DNA of 64,000 bases, from assembly GCA_964247055.1 (NCBI GenBank), contig OZ176052.1, positions 11,222,001 through 11,286,000 of the forward strand, in the 5' to 3' direction. Positions 63,891 to 64,000 of this stretch are shown here, piece after piece. The notes below the pieces were generated by a model. It saw only the letters and a program-made list of their open reading frames with translations. It made no database searches and was not told where the DNA came from. This DNA comes from Paragordius varius. Lineage: Eukaryota; Animalia; Nematomorpha. Position numbers and translations under genes: made by a program. Every line of letters begins with the position of its first letter. The stretch's first letter is position 1.

Positions 63891-64000
63891 GTCAGTTTTG
63901 AATTGTTATACTTTTGATTTCTCTAAATGTTATATTTATTACTATTTTTTATTGTTATTTGCCCAAATTGTGTCCTAACTCGTAAAACGTATTTAACAAT

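Overview
AT-rich animal genomic DNA with spliceosomal introns; the species cannot be determined from the sequence. Bases 1-38563 are a head-to-tail tandem array of a ~3.1 kb unit. Eight gene-bearing units lie in the window, and the array probably continues to the left. Each unit carries a minus-strand, three-exon gene for a ~177 aa protein I do not recognise: five copies are intact (1, 4, 6, 7, 8) and three are broken (2, 3, 5). Each unit also has a decaying ORF-like block at its left edge. The array holds about 11 transposon insertions: an RTE LINE, hATs (one nested in another), Chapaev3-like elements, a piggyBac-like MITE, foldback elements and a Helitron. It also shows gene-conversion-like tracts and two hAT-bounded rearrangements each about one gene copy long. 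Bases 39625-63890 carry 24 exons of a plus-strand MARK/PAR-1 kinase gene (kinase, UBA, spacer, KA1) whose last exon lies beyond the window. All alignments and identities were read by eye.
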